Source of the DNA: Ruditapes philippinarum
Lineage: Eukaryota
Length of the DNA: 64,000 nucleotides
Direction: 5' to 3'
Assembly (NCBI RefSeq): GCF_026571515.1
Contig: NW_026857948.1
Location: 1 to 64,000 of the forward strand
The position numbers were made by a program, and so were the translations under genes. The notes under the pieces are model-generated. The model was not told where the DNA came from. It did no database searches and saw only the letters and a program-made list of their open reading frames with translations. Shown piece by piece: positions 41,401-54,500 of the stretch. How positions within the stretch are numbered: the stretch's first letter is position 1; each line of letters starts with the position of its first letter.

Positions 41401-44400
41401 CAATGTCACAAAGAGAGAAAGATTGTGAGTAGGCGCTCGAAGAATTGAGAAAATACATGCAGTATGACAGTCATTATCGTTTAATGCTGAGATTGTGCAC
41501 CAATAACCTAGTTAAAACTTGATATACAATCTAACGAAGTTGTATCGTGATGTCAACCAGAAATAATGTTTTTCGCTAAACACATTTCATGATAATTGGG
41601 ATCACTGATATATAATTTTTCAGGTTGTGATCCCGTATAATTTACTATATTATTACCGCATTAAAAGTTTTTACACTAATAGCTCTCGCTACGTATTCTT
41701 ATAACGTTATCGAAAATAAGATTGAAAAACAAGATATTTCTTGTAAGAAATCACCCGAAAAAAAATACAGACGAATTGTATGATAGCTTGCCGTCGAGGT
41801 TTAATCTGATTGTCTTTTCTTTCGCAGTGTTGCTCAGACAACATAACTGTTAAATGGTGACCGCTAACCATCACCCCTTAGACGAAACTGTGTTATTAAA
41901 TCTAGAAGTTAATCTGAGCAAGGTTTAAAAGGTGTAATCACAAATCTTTACTATGAACTCATATGGCTTATAGGCAGGAGACTTTTTAAACAAGAAAATG
42001 AGTTGAAATTTTGTAATATATAATTAAAGCTATTGAAAACTACCACGCATAGATTGTGTTCTAATATGAATTATCTATATATTTATAATATGTTCAAGTT
42101 GTGATCTTAATTAAGCTTAATTGACTAGGTTATTTTGATGATAGATTGTTCCTATATCTGAATTCAAATACAAATAGTGTGATAAGTTTTTGCAATCATA
42201 CTTCTTTTCCAATTAAATACAAGATATTTATGTTTGAAATCATTATTAATGTAAAAAGATTGATTTATAATGAAAAGTAATGTAATATAAAAGTATATAT
42301 CCATTTGTCAATGATATTGCATTATTGAATACGTATTATATTAAAGTTTTCTATTTCAAAATATACATTATATGAGTGATAGCTACTTGATTTGGTTATT
42401 AGTTGGATCCGCTTTGTATAGATAAGTATTCTTAAGTTTATATAAAACTTATATATAGATAATATTGTTCGAGTTTTATATAATGTTTGATATCCACTTG
42501 GAGCAAATATTAGATTTTTTAGTGTGATAATTTTTGTTCGATACTTCTATTAACGTTCCAAACAAAAATTACGATGTGTCTGAAATTCACACACCTGGCG
42601 ATCATGAGACACTTATTTAACAATAGATTATGTTCAATACTGAAAAAACACACATGTGTGTTGTCATCCTGATTAAAATTCACAATATTAAAATGATTGT
42701 GAAACGCACTTGAATTTGTCAATATTTTATCATCTGTTTGGGGGGAGTCTATTTTTATACATTTATCATTTTCTGATTCAAGTCTCTAAATTTATAACAC
42801 ATCCTTCGAGATTTACAGTGTAGCATTATCAATAAATGAAATGTCGTCTCAACTCACTAAATTAAAAGGAGATCAAGATAATCGATGGTAACACGGAATG
42901 CTAAATCTAACGACTGTCATAACAGTTTATGTAATCATGTCAAGACAAGACTGACCCTTCATTGTTGGACAAGATATTATTCAAACCACTCGGGCGGATA
43001 TTGGAAGCATTGAGATTGGTTTCATTAACATACTTTATCATTGGGCACACAATTTTATATTACCGTAGGTTAATCCACTGAAATCTATACTATTGGTGAA
43101 ATACGGCACAATGTCTAATAACCCCATCACTCGTCAAATGATCACACCAATATAGATTATAATAAAAAGCTACTTGATTGATAAGTGTTAGAGTGTTTTT
43201 TGCTTCATTCCTGAAATGATTCAAACCGGGAATGACGAACATGTCTGTTAGAATATAAATCGTTCAGTTGTATGCTAGATCAAATACGATAAGTATTATA
43301 ACTTGGCTTAAGACTAGTAGAAATCGTTAGATGTTTTGTTACCAATAAATGTCTCTCGAAGGAAATAAACACACCTTGGTTTGGTCTTGATATATATCTC
43401 AAATGTGTCTTTTACTTAAACCTTAGTGTATTGGCTACGAAGTAAAACACTAGTGTTTGTATCTTGAATAGAAAATTGCTTATTGGCTGGATGATCTCTG
43501 TATAATGATGCTCACATGCGATCATCTGTATCTGAAATACGCGTGTCGTAGTCCGGAACTTAATAGTTTAAGAAGAATTGTCCAATGAGACAGTAAAAAT
43601 ATTTACACTCGTATAGTGTGTACATAGATACAAAGTCTAACAGAGATAAACACTGAGATTTCTGTCTCAGACGAGGTAACTGTGTGGCATTTGTCCTTGC
43701 GAATAAGATAGTGATAACGCCCATGATGTGTCATAGTATAAACTCAGTAGTTCCTAGAGAGTTATATCTTGTGAAAGTATTGTCCTGATAAAGTTTTGAA
43801 GATAGGTTCAATTGATATAATCATACTGTCAATAATGGAAGAAGTGAGAGGTTGTTTCATGAAACCTGTAAATGCAAAAAGGTGATAGGACGAAATTTTT
43901 AAGAAAAAAAATGTCTTAAGCAAGTCATTAAAGTTTGTACGAAAACAGGCGCGACAAATTTGAATTTACATTTTCCAGAGTGAAAGTATTCATTTTTCAA
44001 CACTTAACATATTGTAATTAATGATCCAATAGGCATATGGTACCTTTATCTTTCATTGGTGAACCGTGCTACCACTTCCTTAACAACATCCCCGGACAAA
44101 ACTTCCGAAGGAAATTTCGAAATTTCTTTGGACATGAACATTGCACATCATCACCAATCTTTTGATTATCTCAAATCATATACTAGTATTTGACGTAGCT
44201 ATCGGTTTTCTTTTAATTTCGTTTATTTAGAATCTATTCGTCTTTTCTCTTAACATTTAGAATTCATAAAATCAATGTTTTTATGGTAATTATATAAAAA
44301 AAACTTTTATTTACTTAATATTTTATCTTACATATTATCATTTATCTAAATTGAAGTTTTCATTTTATTAATTCAAGTCTGTGATGGTCAACTTTCATTT

Positions 44401-44985
44401 ATTTTCTTCAAGTTATATGTTACTTTGTAAAATGATAGTGATATCAAAACTCTAAAATCTTCAACAAATAATTAGCAAGGAAAATTGGTCACGCTAGACT
44501 TATAAAAATTAATGTTTCATGACAAGGCTATACGTGAAAGAACAGATCTTTAGTTACTTAAAGCTACATGCCTCCAGATGAGTCCAAATATTTCAATAAA
44601 ATCATACTTGAGAAAAATGTACTTAGATGTAAGGAAAAGTAAAACGTTTAAAGATTCAAGTAATATTTCACGTATTATGTGTGATTAATGACTGACTTTT
44701 CAGTATTTACAACTATATTTCAATTGCGTTACTAACGCAGTAAAGGCTATTTATGCATATTTTGACCACTTTTTGGTAATAAACGTGGTTTGTAAGTGTC
44801 ATTGATTATGTGTAAATTGCTTCCTTTTGGTTAATTCACAATATTACACATTCAAATACATTTTCAAAATTTTCATGAAAATTAGCATGAATCTAGAGGC
44901 GTGCTGCTTTAATAAGCTCATATTTCAAATTCACAATTCACATAATACAATGATAAACATGAAGTTTATTAAAACTGAAGCGTAA

Positions 44986-45180
44986 GTTGGGAGCTTAGTG
45001 GTTAAGGCGATAGCTTCTCAACCCAGGAGCCGTTTGTACAAACCATACTGGGATCACACTCATGTAACTATGTGTTCTCGTGTTACACCATTACTGAAGT
45101 GTTCTATCAAGCGAACTGGAGAGTAGTTCAAAAAAGTTACATGATTCTTTATAATTCAATACATAAAATAAAGTTTAATC
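44986..45180 (+). mobile_element. Decayed tRNA-derived SINE
   Basis: tRNA-like head with A-box (cttagtggttaaggcg...ctcaaccc) and degenerate B-box, a conserved-looking core (acacca.tactg...aagcg.act.gagagt.gttc) and an A-rich tail. Family assignment is from recall of bivalve SINEs. Confidence 0.65.
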
Positions 45181-45452
45181 TGAATGAAAAATTGTTTTCA
45201 TGAGAAACAGTTCATCTTTCTTCTTTTGAATGTGTGTGCATGAAAAAGTGATCAAATCAAAAGTCAATATAGTAAGTTTCAAATTTTCAATGAAACCTAT
45301 TCAAATCTTGGTAAATATTTGAAAGAGTGGAATAAACAATACTTGTTTCAGTACAAACAATATGATTATTTATTAAATTATAAAACTTGATTTAACTTAG
45401 AAATACAAGTATGTGTACATTTATTATTGAGAGGTTGCACGTTTAATTTCAG

Positions 45453-45507
45453 ATGTTGTTTGTATGGTGTATATGGCTAAATGTTAGCAACAACCAGGTA
45501 GAAGGAG
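45453..45507 (+). CDS. RPTP exon: putative signal-peptide exon (MLFVWCIWLNVSNNQVEG)
   Basis: tttcag acceptor at 45451-45452, then ATG; gtaact donor at 45508. Its phase-1 end joins in frame with the large Cys-rich exon. Confidence 0.65.
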
Positions 45508-48500
45508 GTAACTAAATCTACATCAGTCTTTATAACAGATAGTAATGCGAAATTTTACTTTATAAATTGAAATCGACCTATATTTACATAAATCAAATTA
45601 AAAGAAAAATATTGCATAATGAAGTAAAACAGGTGGTAGTGGAAGTGGTAATACAATAATATATTGTTTTTTCCAGGAGCAGAGATTGATGAAAACTGTA
45701 AAGAAAATTGTGTATGCTGTAAACAAAGATCATGTGGACTAAAATTTAGGTTTCATAACGCTTGTAATTTAGGCTGTATTGATGGTCATAGAGGTGCACG
45801 CTGTTATGAACTATGTACACACAATTGTACAGAATGCGAAAAAGGTGTAGATGAGTGTACTGCTTGTTATGATGGATATTACCCCGGGCGTGCTGGAGAC
45901 TGTACATCGCCATGCTTACCCGGATGTAAAACATGCACGTCAGGTACCACATGTACATCATGTAAGGAGGGATATAATAATGACAATGGTGGAAATGATT
46001 GTAGTAATCGTTACTGTCCTGAAAATTGCTATTGTGATAATGGTAAGTGTGCATCATGTAAGGGCGGATATTACGATACCAGTAATATATGTTCAAGTTT
46101 ATGTCCAGGCAACTGTATCACGTGTTCGTCGAGGACAGATTGTGGATCGTGTAAGGATGGGTATTATAACGGTTACCAGAACGACGCCAATCTTCCTTCG
46201 TTAAATGACTGTACATACAAATGCCGAGACAAGTGTGTACGATGTTCGTCCTATAACAGTTGCTCGCTTTGTCAAAGTGGTCATTATGGACAAAACTGTG
46301 AGAACAGTTGTTCAGCCGGTTGTATGTCAAACACTTGCGATATACTGACTGGAAACTGTTATTGCTCTCCTAATTTTTCTGGAGTAAGATGTGACAAATG
46401 CAAAACCGGGAATTATGGAAATATGTGCGATCAGCAATGCTCCGCAGGGTGTAAAAGTAGCGTGTGTGAAAAAGATTCCGGAAATTGTACTGACGGATGT
46501 TCTATAGACACGATCGTTGGGGATAAATGTAACATTTGTTTAATCGGCTGGTATGGGCAATACTGTAACACATCTTGTTCTGTTGGCTGTAAAAATCAGC
46601 AATGCGTGAAAAGTAATGGTGAATGCTCATATGGATGTGTTGATAACTTTAAAGGAGGAAATTGCAATCAATGCAAACCTGGCAAACATGGGGAGTCATG
46701 CCAAAGTGACTGTCCAAAGAACTGTGACGAGAACGGCTGCTTTAAAGAGTCCGGTAATTGTAAAAATTGCCATGACAACTTTGATGGAGAGAACTGTGAT
46801 AGATGTCGTCTTGGTTTCTATGGTTCATTTTGCTCCGTGAGATGCCCGAATAATTGTTTGAACAATGTATGTGATAGAGATACCGGCACGTGTTCTGATG
46901 GTTGTTTAGACAATTATTCTGGTGATAGATGTTGTATAAGTAATAAAAACTGTATCAAATGTTTATCAGATACTACCTGTAAACAATGTAAGGCTGGATA
47001 CTTTAAGGACAAATGTGACAAAAAATGTCCACAGAACTGTCGTCTAAAGGCCTGTCATATCGAAACTGGTCTTTGTGATGGTTGCAAAGATAACTTTTAT
47101 GGTGATAGTTGCAACTTTTCATGTGCCTCTACATGCAAGACTCAAACAACAACAAGTGGAAGTATATGTCAGCAAAGTAACGGAAAGTGTCTATATGGCT
47201 GTGTTGATGGTTTCCATGGTTTACAATGTTCTGAGAACTGTTCCGTTTATTGCAGCGATACTCTATGTGATCAAGACGACGGCAGATGTACAAAAGGTTG
47301 CAAAACAAGAGTAAAGGATGACCCCATTTGCTCCTCGGATTCTGGTAAGTTACGATTACTCTTTAATCACTATTAAATATCCCTATTGTGTTTCGCAACC
47401 AAAGCAGTTGTATAAATTACACAGACCGGTATAACAATTTAAAAATCTACAGTTAAGGCTAGAAATAAATGTAATTGTTCAATGGAATATCATCAATTTG
47501 AAGCATAATTTTAATAATATACATTTTAACAATTCTTTTAATTAATCAAACACTTAAGTGATGTTGATATTTTCAAATCATAGAACACAATGTACACATT
47601 TGGTTGTTTAAAATCTAGAATTTGTAGGTTTATTTTGTTATTATAAGGTTTTAATTAAACGTTTTCACCGAACAACTGATGTACATCAGTCCTCTAATAT
47701 CGAATATCTATGTTCTAAGATGAAGATAAAGATAGACAGGACAGTTTGATTGAACCAATAGTTGGAGCAATCGTTGGAGTTCTGGTAGCAACAGCAGTAA
47801 TTGTTGGTGTTTTTCTTATCTGCAGACGAAGGTATTCTTTATAAACTATTTATATTTTTTTAGTTTTAATACCATTATATATCAAGGTTTTTTTATTTGA
47901 AAGATACTAGACGCGTGTATGTGTAAATCAATTAATGCTTGTCCAGTTGTCAGTGTGAATACTTTTCGTGTCGCATTCTTAATTTTTACAAACCACATGT
48001 TTTATTGCCAATTGATGGTGCTTTTAAATCTAAATTAAAAAAGAAACCATTTATATTTTAAGGTTTTGTTGTTGTTTTTTTACACTAGACAAAGTAACAA
48101 ATCTCAAGGACAACGTTCAGATCTTGAAAGTACTCAGTCTACCAGGGAAGACGAAAAGAAGCATACATATGGAAACATTTCTGGTAACAATTGTATTGCT
48201 TTACTACAGCAACTTGACCTTGTATTCCTCAGACGCCATTTTATGCGTAAATATATGTAGCGAAAAATGGAAATTACAAATCAAGTTATAAGAAAATCTT
48301 AAATACCAAAATTGTTTGAGAATATTTTAAAATATATCATACCAATAAGATGTATTAAATTTGAACACGTTTTGTGTTTTACTTTCGGATATATTCTTAA
48401 TATATTAACATTCCAAAGAGAATGCAAAAATGATATATTTCTACAAAGACATGTAACTACTTAACTATTAAACTATTGGCTTTAACATTATAGGGCCACT

Positions 48501-51500
48501 AAAGTCTGTAAGAAATAACAAATTAACAATCAGTTAGTAGAAAACAAATGTAATATGTTCTACTTTTAACTAGTCCATTTAAACCTATTTGAAGATCTGT
48601 GAATAAGGCTGATCTAATATAAAGGCTTACATGTTTGCCTATTTAGTTAGAATTTTCATGAAAAAATACTTGTTACTGTTGTCGAAGATTAGTGTACTGT
48701 TCTAGAAAGGCCATCATCAAAGGCAGATAAGGAAAGGAAGAGCGTTTTAAGTATACCACCATCTACTGCAGTAGACACAAAGCCGTCGGGGAACAAACCA
48801 AGATCACCAGTCCCTGTGACATCTTCGTCAGTTGATATTGATGAGGTAGAAGTAGATGAAGTTGAATATGAGAAAAAGGCTGATAATACCTACTATAACA
48901 TTAGAGAGAGTCCGTACAGAATTAAAGTAGACAACCTACTTATATATGTTACATCTGGAAAAGTGGACTTCGACGCTGAATTCAAGGTTTGTATGTAAGC
49001 TAAAATTGAATTTGCTGCTACAATTGATTAACTAAACTGATTAAGCATGTAAATACTCAGATTTCAAATATTTTAAATATAATTTTTAGAGATTGAAATC
49101 CTATTTTTGTTTTACACATAGCGAGTATTGTACGCTGATTAAACGGGATAGTATTACATGACAAGTTGTTGCTGATTAAATACACTAAATGGTCCACATA
49201 ATTTGAAAAATGATACAATCTCATTACATTAAAGTATAATTTCAACCGCCACTTAATTTTAGAAGGAAGATATAAAAACACAACTTAGATCTAAGCCTAA
49301 ATCTTCAACGGAAACCTCATACAGAAATAAATGAAAACATTTTGTTGCCAATTAAAAAACTTAGGAAAATTAAAAATAAGGCGTTCTTATTAGCCACAAA
49401 TGCAACTTCCGTCACTTATGAGTATTTTTTCATGCATTTAGATAATGGAACATGATGTAATATTTTTAGTTTTTTTCATATTCATAAATCATCACTACAT
49501 ACATCTGCTAGTTATTTAAAAAAAACACACAAAAGGCTTGTACAGTGTTGTTTTTAAATACCATATTAATTCGACTTCCTTATTCTTTTTTAACGTGTTT
49601 ATTTAATCTATATTTTTTTTTATCTCACGCGTGATCCAGGATGAATTTGAATAATAAATGTCATATATCCTTAAATCACACGCTTTGAACTTCCTAGTAT
49701 GGTCGTTATATATCGACGAGGTATAACAAGGATAAATAAATGACCACTTGACACGCGATTTTATCTCATAAAAATATGTTGATTTTACTTTGATTATGCT
49801 AATTTTAATGGAACATCTTCATACTTTGCTTCTCGAAAATTTCTTGTTTACATATATCTTTTCTTTTTTATTTACTAGAAGTGTGTATATACGTAATTGC
49901 AATAAAAGTTTGAATCTTGATATTGTAATTGTGTGTGCTCATCTCGTGCTATTATATTAATATAATTATCAATGGTTATAAGATTACAACATTTGAAATA
50001 TTCAACATTTTTGTCGGTTCTTTCAACTCTTAATAATAAAGATCTATACCGTAAAAAGAAGTTTATTGTTACATAAATTTTTGTGCATTTTTCTTTCTTT
50101 CATACAAAAGTAATAACGTATAGACACGGTATTTAATTGACTTTTAGATAGCTCTATAAAGACGCTTTTGAGCAATGGTTCTTCTATACATGTCGCCAGA
50201 TGCAGCATATAGTATTGACAAAGTTCCGGATCCCGCATAACCATCAACAAAATATTATTTCTAAATTAACTCGTTGGTTTCCGTTGGCGACCATAAATAA
50301 ACGAATAACTCACAATTTAACCACGCTTGTTGATTAAGTAAATATGTAACGAAAGTGGCGCAATTTATCGACCTTATACGAACTAAACATAAATTGTCGT
50401 AAATGCTAATTACTTACAGGTCAATATTTGTATAATATTTTATATTATATAATTTTGTTTTCTTATTATGTAGAAACTCAACAAAGATTTAGATTTGACA
50501 AAACACTGCAGCGTCGCTAAAGATCCTCAAAATTTGGCCTTGAACCGGTATAACGGAATTTATCCTTGTAAGTAAATGAATCATTTGTTTATATGCTTAT
50601 ATTATAAAAATGCACTTTAAAGCTTCAGTAAGTGTTGCAGATGTAAGGATGTTGAAAATTAATAATTGCCAGATGAAGCACGACATCTCCACATTTATGA
50701 AAGGTTCGGACAAAAATCGTTTAAGATAAATGTGCAGAAAACTGACAATAATTTTATTGTAACCTACATGTTCATATATTTTCAGAGAAGAATATTCTAC
50801 TGTTATTTTGTTTCTGATATATTACTTACTTTGGAGAATAGAACACCAAAACTATTATCAATATATATAATTCGAAGTTAATATCCGTCTTCCTGATGGC
50901 AACAAATCTCTTTATTGTACGACCAATATATTACTTCCTGGTCACATAAATAAATTGTCTAGTTTGATTTTAGATGACCATTCCAGAGTGACCATCCAAG
51001 ACCTGCCAGATTTCTTTATAAATGCTTGTTACATAGATGTGAGTACAGTTTATATATATTTTTTACAAATTTTAACTTATATCACGTGTCTTCAAGACTG
51101 TTAGGGTCTTACTGTAACATTCAAGAGTAAAAAGAACATGAAAACAGTAACCCCCCCCCAATATTTATTTCATTCCACGTTATCTAAACAAAAAAGAACA
51201 CACGAGTGTCAATAGAACAGACATGTATATTGACATAAAATGTTAAATTAGTTTCACTGATCGCCAAGTGAACTATTGCGTTTTTTAAGATTATCTTTAA
51301 AAGTATATATGTGTCAGGTATGTGTTAAATTATGCAAAATTGGTATGTATTAATAAACAATGGAAAAGAGAGATTCTTTACATGTTTTTTTTCCATAAAA
51401 CATGCTAAAGGCGCATTGTGGTATTTATGATTTATTCATCTTTTCATTTTCCCGTCTGTTTATGCGAAAATATTTCTGTCCACCTTGAAGCATTTAGCTT

Positions 51501-54500
51501 TAAGGTAAATTGTAAATAATTACATCTCACGTTTGTGAGATGTTATTTCTTTCAAGAAGGTACTTGATCTGATACTGTGAGATTTTAATATTTGGCACTT
51601 TGCGTTATATTTTGAAATAAAAAAAACGTCCATTTTCTATCATTCGTTTTAAATGGAAATACTATCTTAAATACGTATTTCTCTTTTGGGATATGTTTCA
51701 TCTTTTCTTACTTCCTTAATCCTGCATTGTTTAATTTTATTATATAATATAAATAAAACATATATCCTGTACCTATTTATTATAAAAACAAACTCAAGAA
51801 TAATAACACATTAATCGTTACAACCTTTTAGTATTATATATCTGGGATGTGATGCATTGTTTTATACTATTTATATATTTCAGGGTTTCTGCAAGAGAAA
51901 GAATATATTGCATTCATTAGGTAATATTTAGGTATAATTTGTGTCTTTGTAATAAATTTCAATAAAATTACTGTTATTTATTTTGAGGAGATTTTAATTC
52001 AGGGGTTGAAGTAGGAACCATAGGTTTATCTCAAGTTTGTACAACTCTGAAAAATAGTTCTCGATTTATCAAACTACCATTGTTCGTTTCAAAACGGGCA
52101 AAATAGACCTTACGACATGTATCAAAAATTGTTCAGATGAAAATTTACCGTTTAATTATTTAAACTATTTAACTATTTAATTCCAGTCACTGATCGATCA
52201 ATACTCACTATTTGGTTTGTAATATGATATATGTTTCAGATTTACTATATTTTCGTATTCTATGAAACAATTATAAGGAAAAAAACACCGCGTGATATAA
52301 AATATAAAAAAATGTCAATTTGATATAAGGTTATTATAAATTAGAATATTGCAGTCTTGGTTACCTCCGCATCAACACACCAAATTCCTGATGTTCTGCC
52401 CATTGAACTAATATCGTTCAATATTATGTGAAAGATAATATAAAATATATAAAGTATAATATCATTCAAGAGGCTGAGGGCCCTTAAACATTGAATTGTT
52501 TACATAGATCAAGTAAAGCACTTCAAATGGAAAAATCTGAAAAGGATAATAAAGAAATTTACTCATAACTAAATTGAAAGTGCAATTTGAATGAATAAAA
52601 CGTTTATTTTTCTTGTTTTTTATGTGGTTTTTTTGTTGTTTTTTAAAAATAATATTATCACTCTCGTCATGTAAAAAGAAACTTCAGTGAAGTCCCTTTA
52701 AGTTATCAGGGTATTTGCCGTATGACCAAAATATCATAAAACGCAATTCAGCTTATCAATTTCAAGATAGAATTCCTTAATATTTTTATATAAACTTTTT
52801 TCACTGTTTATTTCTTTTCGAACTTCCGACCTGTCTTCAAAATAATGTTTCTACACTTTAATACATGTGCTGCTATTGTATATGTTCGGAGTCTGATATC
52901 ATGTTTTTCTATGTAAAGGGCCAACATCAAAGACCACTGCTAACTTCTCCACGTTCTGGCTGATGGTATGGTACAAGAAAACGGACATTATTGTCATGTT
53001 AACCAATCTTAAAGAAACATCTGTAAGTAATCAAAATATAAATACAGGCATGAAATTTTCCTTATCACTTTTTTATTTGTGTACTTAAGAGGGATGATTC
53101 AGTTGTGACGAATCGTTTACGTTAAATAAAATCAGACTATTTCCTTGTTTACATCCTGTTTGAACAAGAATGTATTTTAGTTCAATTAGTAATGCATTTA
53201 TAATTTTTTGTTTGTTTTAATCCAAATAATTTTGATTCTTTAAAAATGGCATTTATTTGATAATATACATGTTCAGACTTTGTTTGAAAAGGTTTCTTTG
53301 TTCCTGTCTTTCTGCTTCGTTCTATCGGAAGGAGAAGAACGAGACAACTTTTGTCTTGAACCAATAACCTGCAGAATGTCAGTAATGGATTTGTCCTGCT
53401 TTGAATTTGGAACAGTCCATTCAAAGTTTAAGGGTTTTCAATATAAAATACAAAATTGAGATGCCAGCGGATAAGAGCCTGGTCAGATTGTGCCGATGAG
53501 CACACTGGCTTAGATCTTTACTGGCCACAAGGGCGAATTACTATTTGTACTAGCAGGATACGGGTTAAATATGGAACGTTTTTATCATCAGGGTATGAAA
53601 TGTGAGCAGTACTGGCCGGAGGAGGATACGGAGATAGAGTACGGGGATATAACAGTAAAATGTCGGAGTGTTGAAGAGTTTGCTGAATATACTGTCAGGA
53701 CTTGCACTATAATAAAGGTATAGTCCCTAGGTCATGCTGAAGATTTTTTCTTTGTCTCATTCCAAAATTGAGAAATAAGAAAAGAGATTATGTTCAAGAT
53801 TATCGTGATGCTGCCTTTTACATAAACTATGTATTTTAATTTTCCGGTTAACAGTTGACATTAGTGTAGCGTAATCTCAAACTGTAGATAGATTTTGTAT
53901 ATCCATTTTCCAACCGTTTTGTGTTATTTTACCACCATAGAAGCCATTAAACATCCTCTTATCAGAAAAAAATGCTTTTGAGTATAAAGATTTAAATGTC
54001 CTCCTTCATCTTCCGTACGCAACGAAACTGTCTTGAGAACAATAGGGTTTTCTTTACTGATCAATGGGTATCTGCATAAAAGTTTCTGCTTTCAGGGAAG
54101 AAAAGAAAGGCAGATAATTCAACTACACTTCACAGCATGGCCAGATAAAGGGGTTCCCCAGGAGGTGACAAGTCTTGTAGAGTTCAGACAGAGGGTGATT
54201 GCAGTTCCTAAGACATTAGGTGGACCAATTATAGTTCATTGCAGGTACTGTATACATGGTTATTCCACACACACATAATAAAAATTAACCAATAAACTTT
54301 CAGTATTTGCATCACGTGCCGTTTCAAACGAAATCATTGTTAAACCCAATCATATGATATCAGCCTGGTTTGCATTTCCAGAGTACATTAAATCAATGTC
54401 AAATGCATTTTGTATACCAAATAACCTCATTTTTATTTTCAGATTCCAAAACATCCGTTGTATATCAAAAGTATATTGTACAACATTAAGCCTAATTATC

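Noticed and set aside
44986-45060. tRNA gene
   Set aside because: No intact cloverleaf or B-box, and it continues into a SINE body and A-rich tail.
45746-47314. Overlapping ORFs (45746-46096 -, 45851-46204 +, 46118-46330 -, 46616-46840 +, 47075-47314 +)
   Set aside because: Shadow frames of the Cys-rich exon with no independent protein features.
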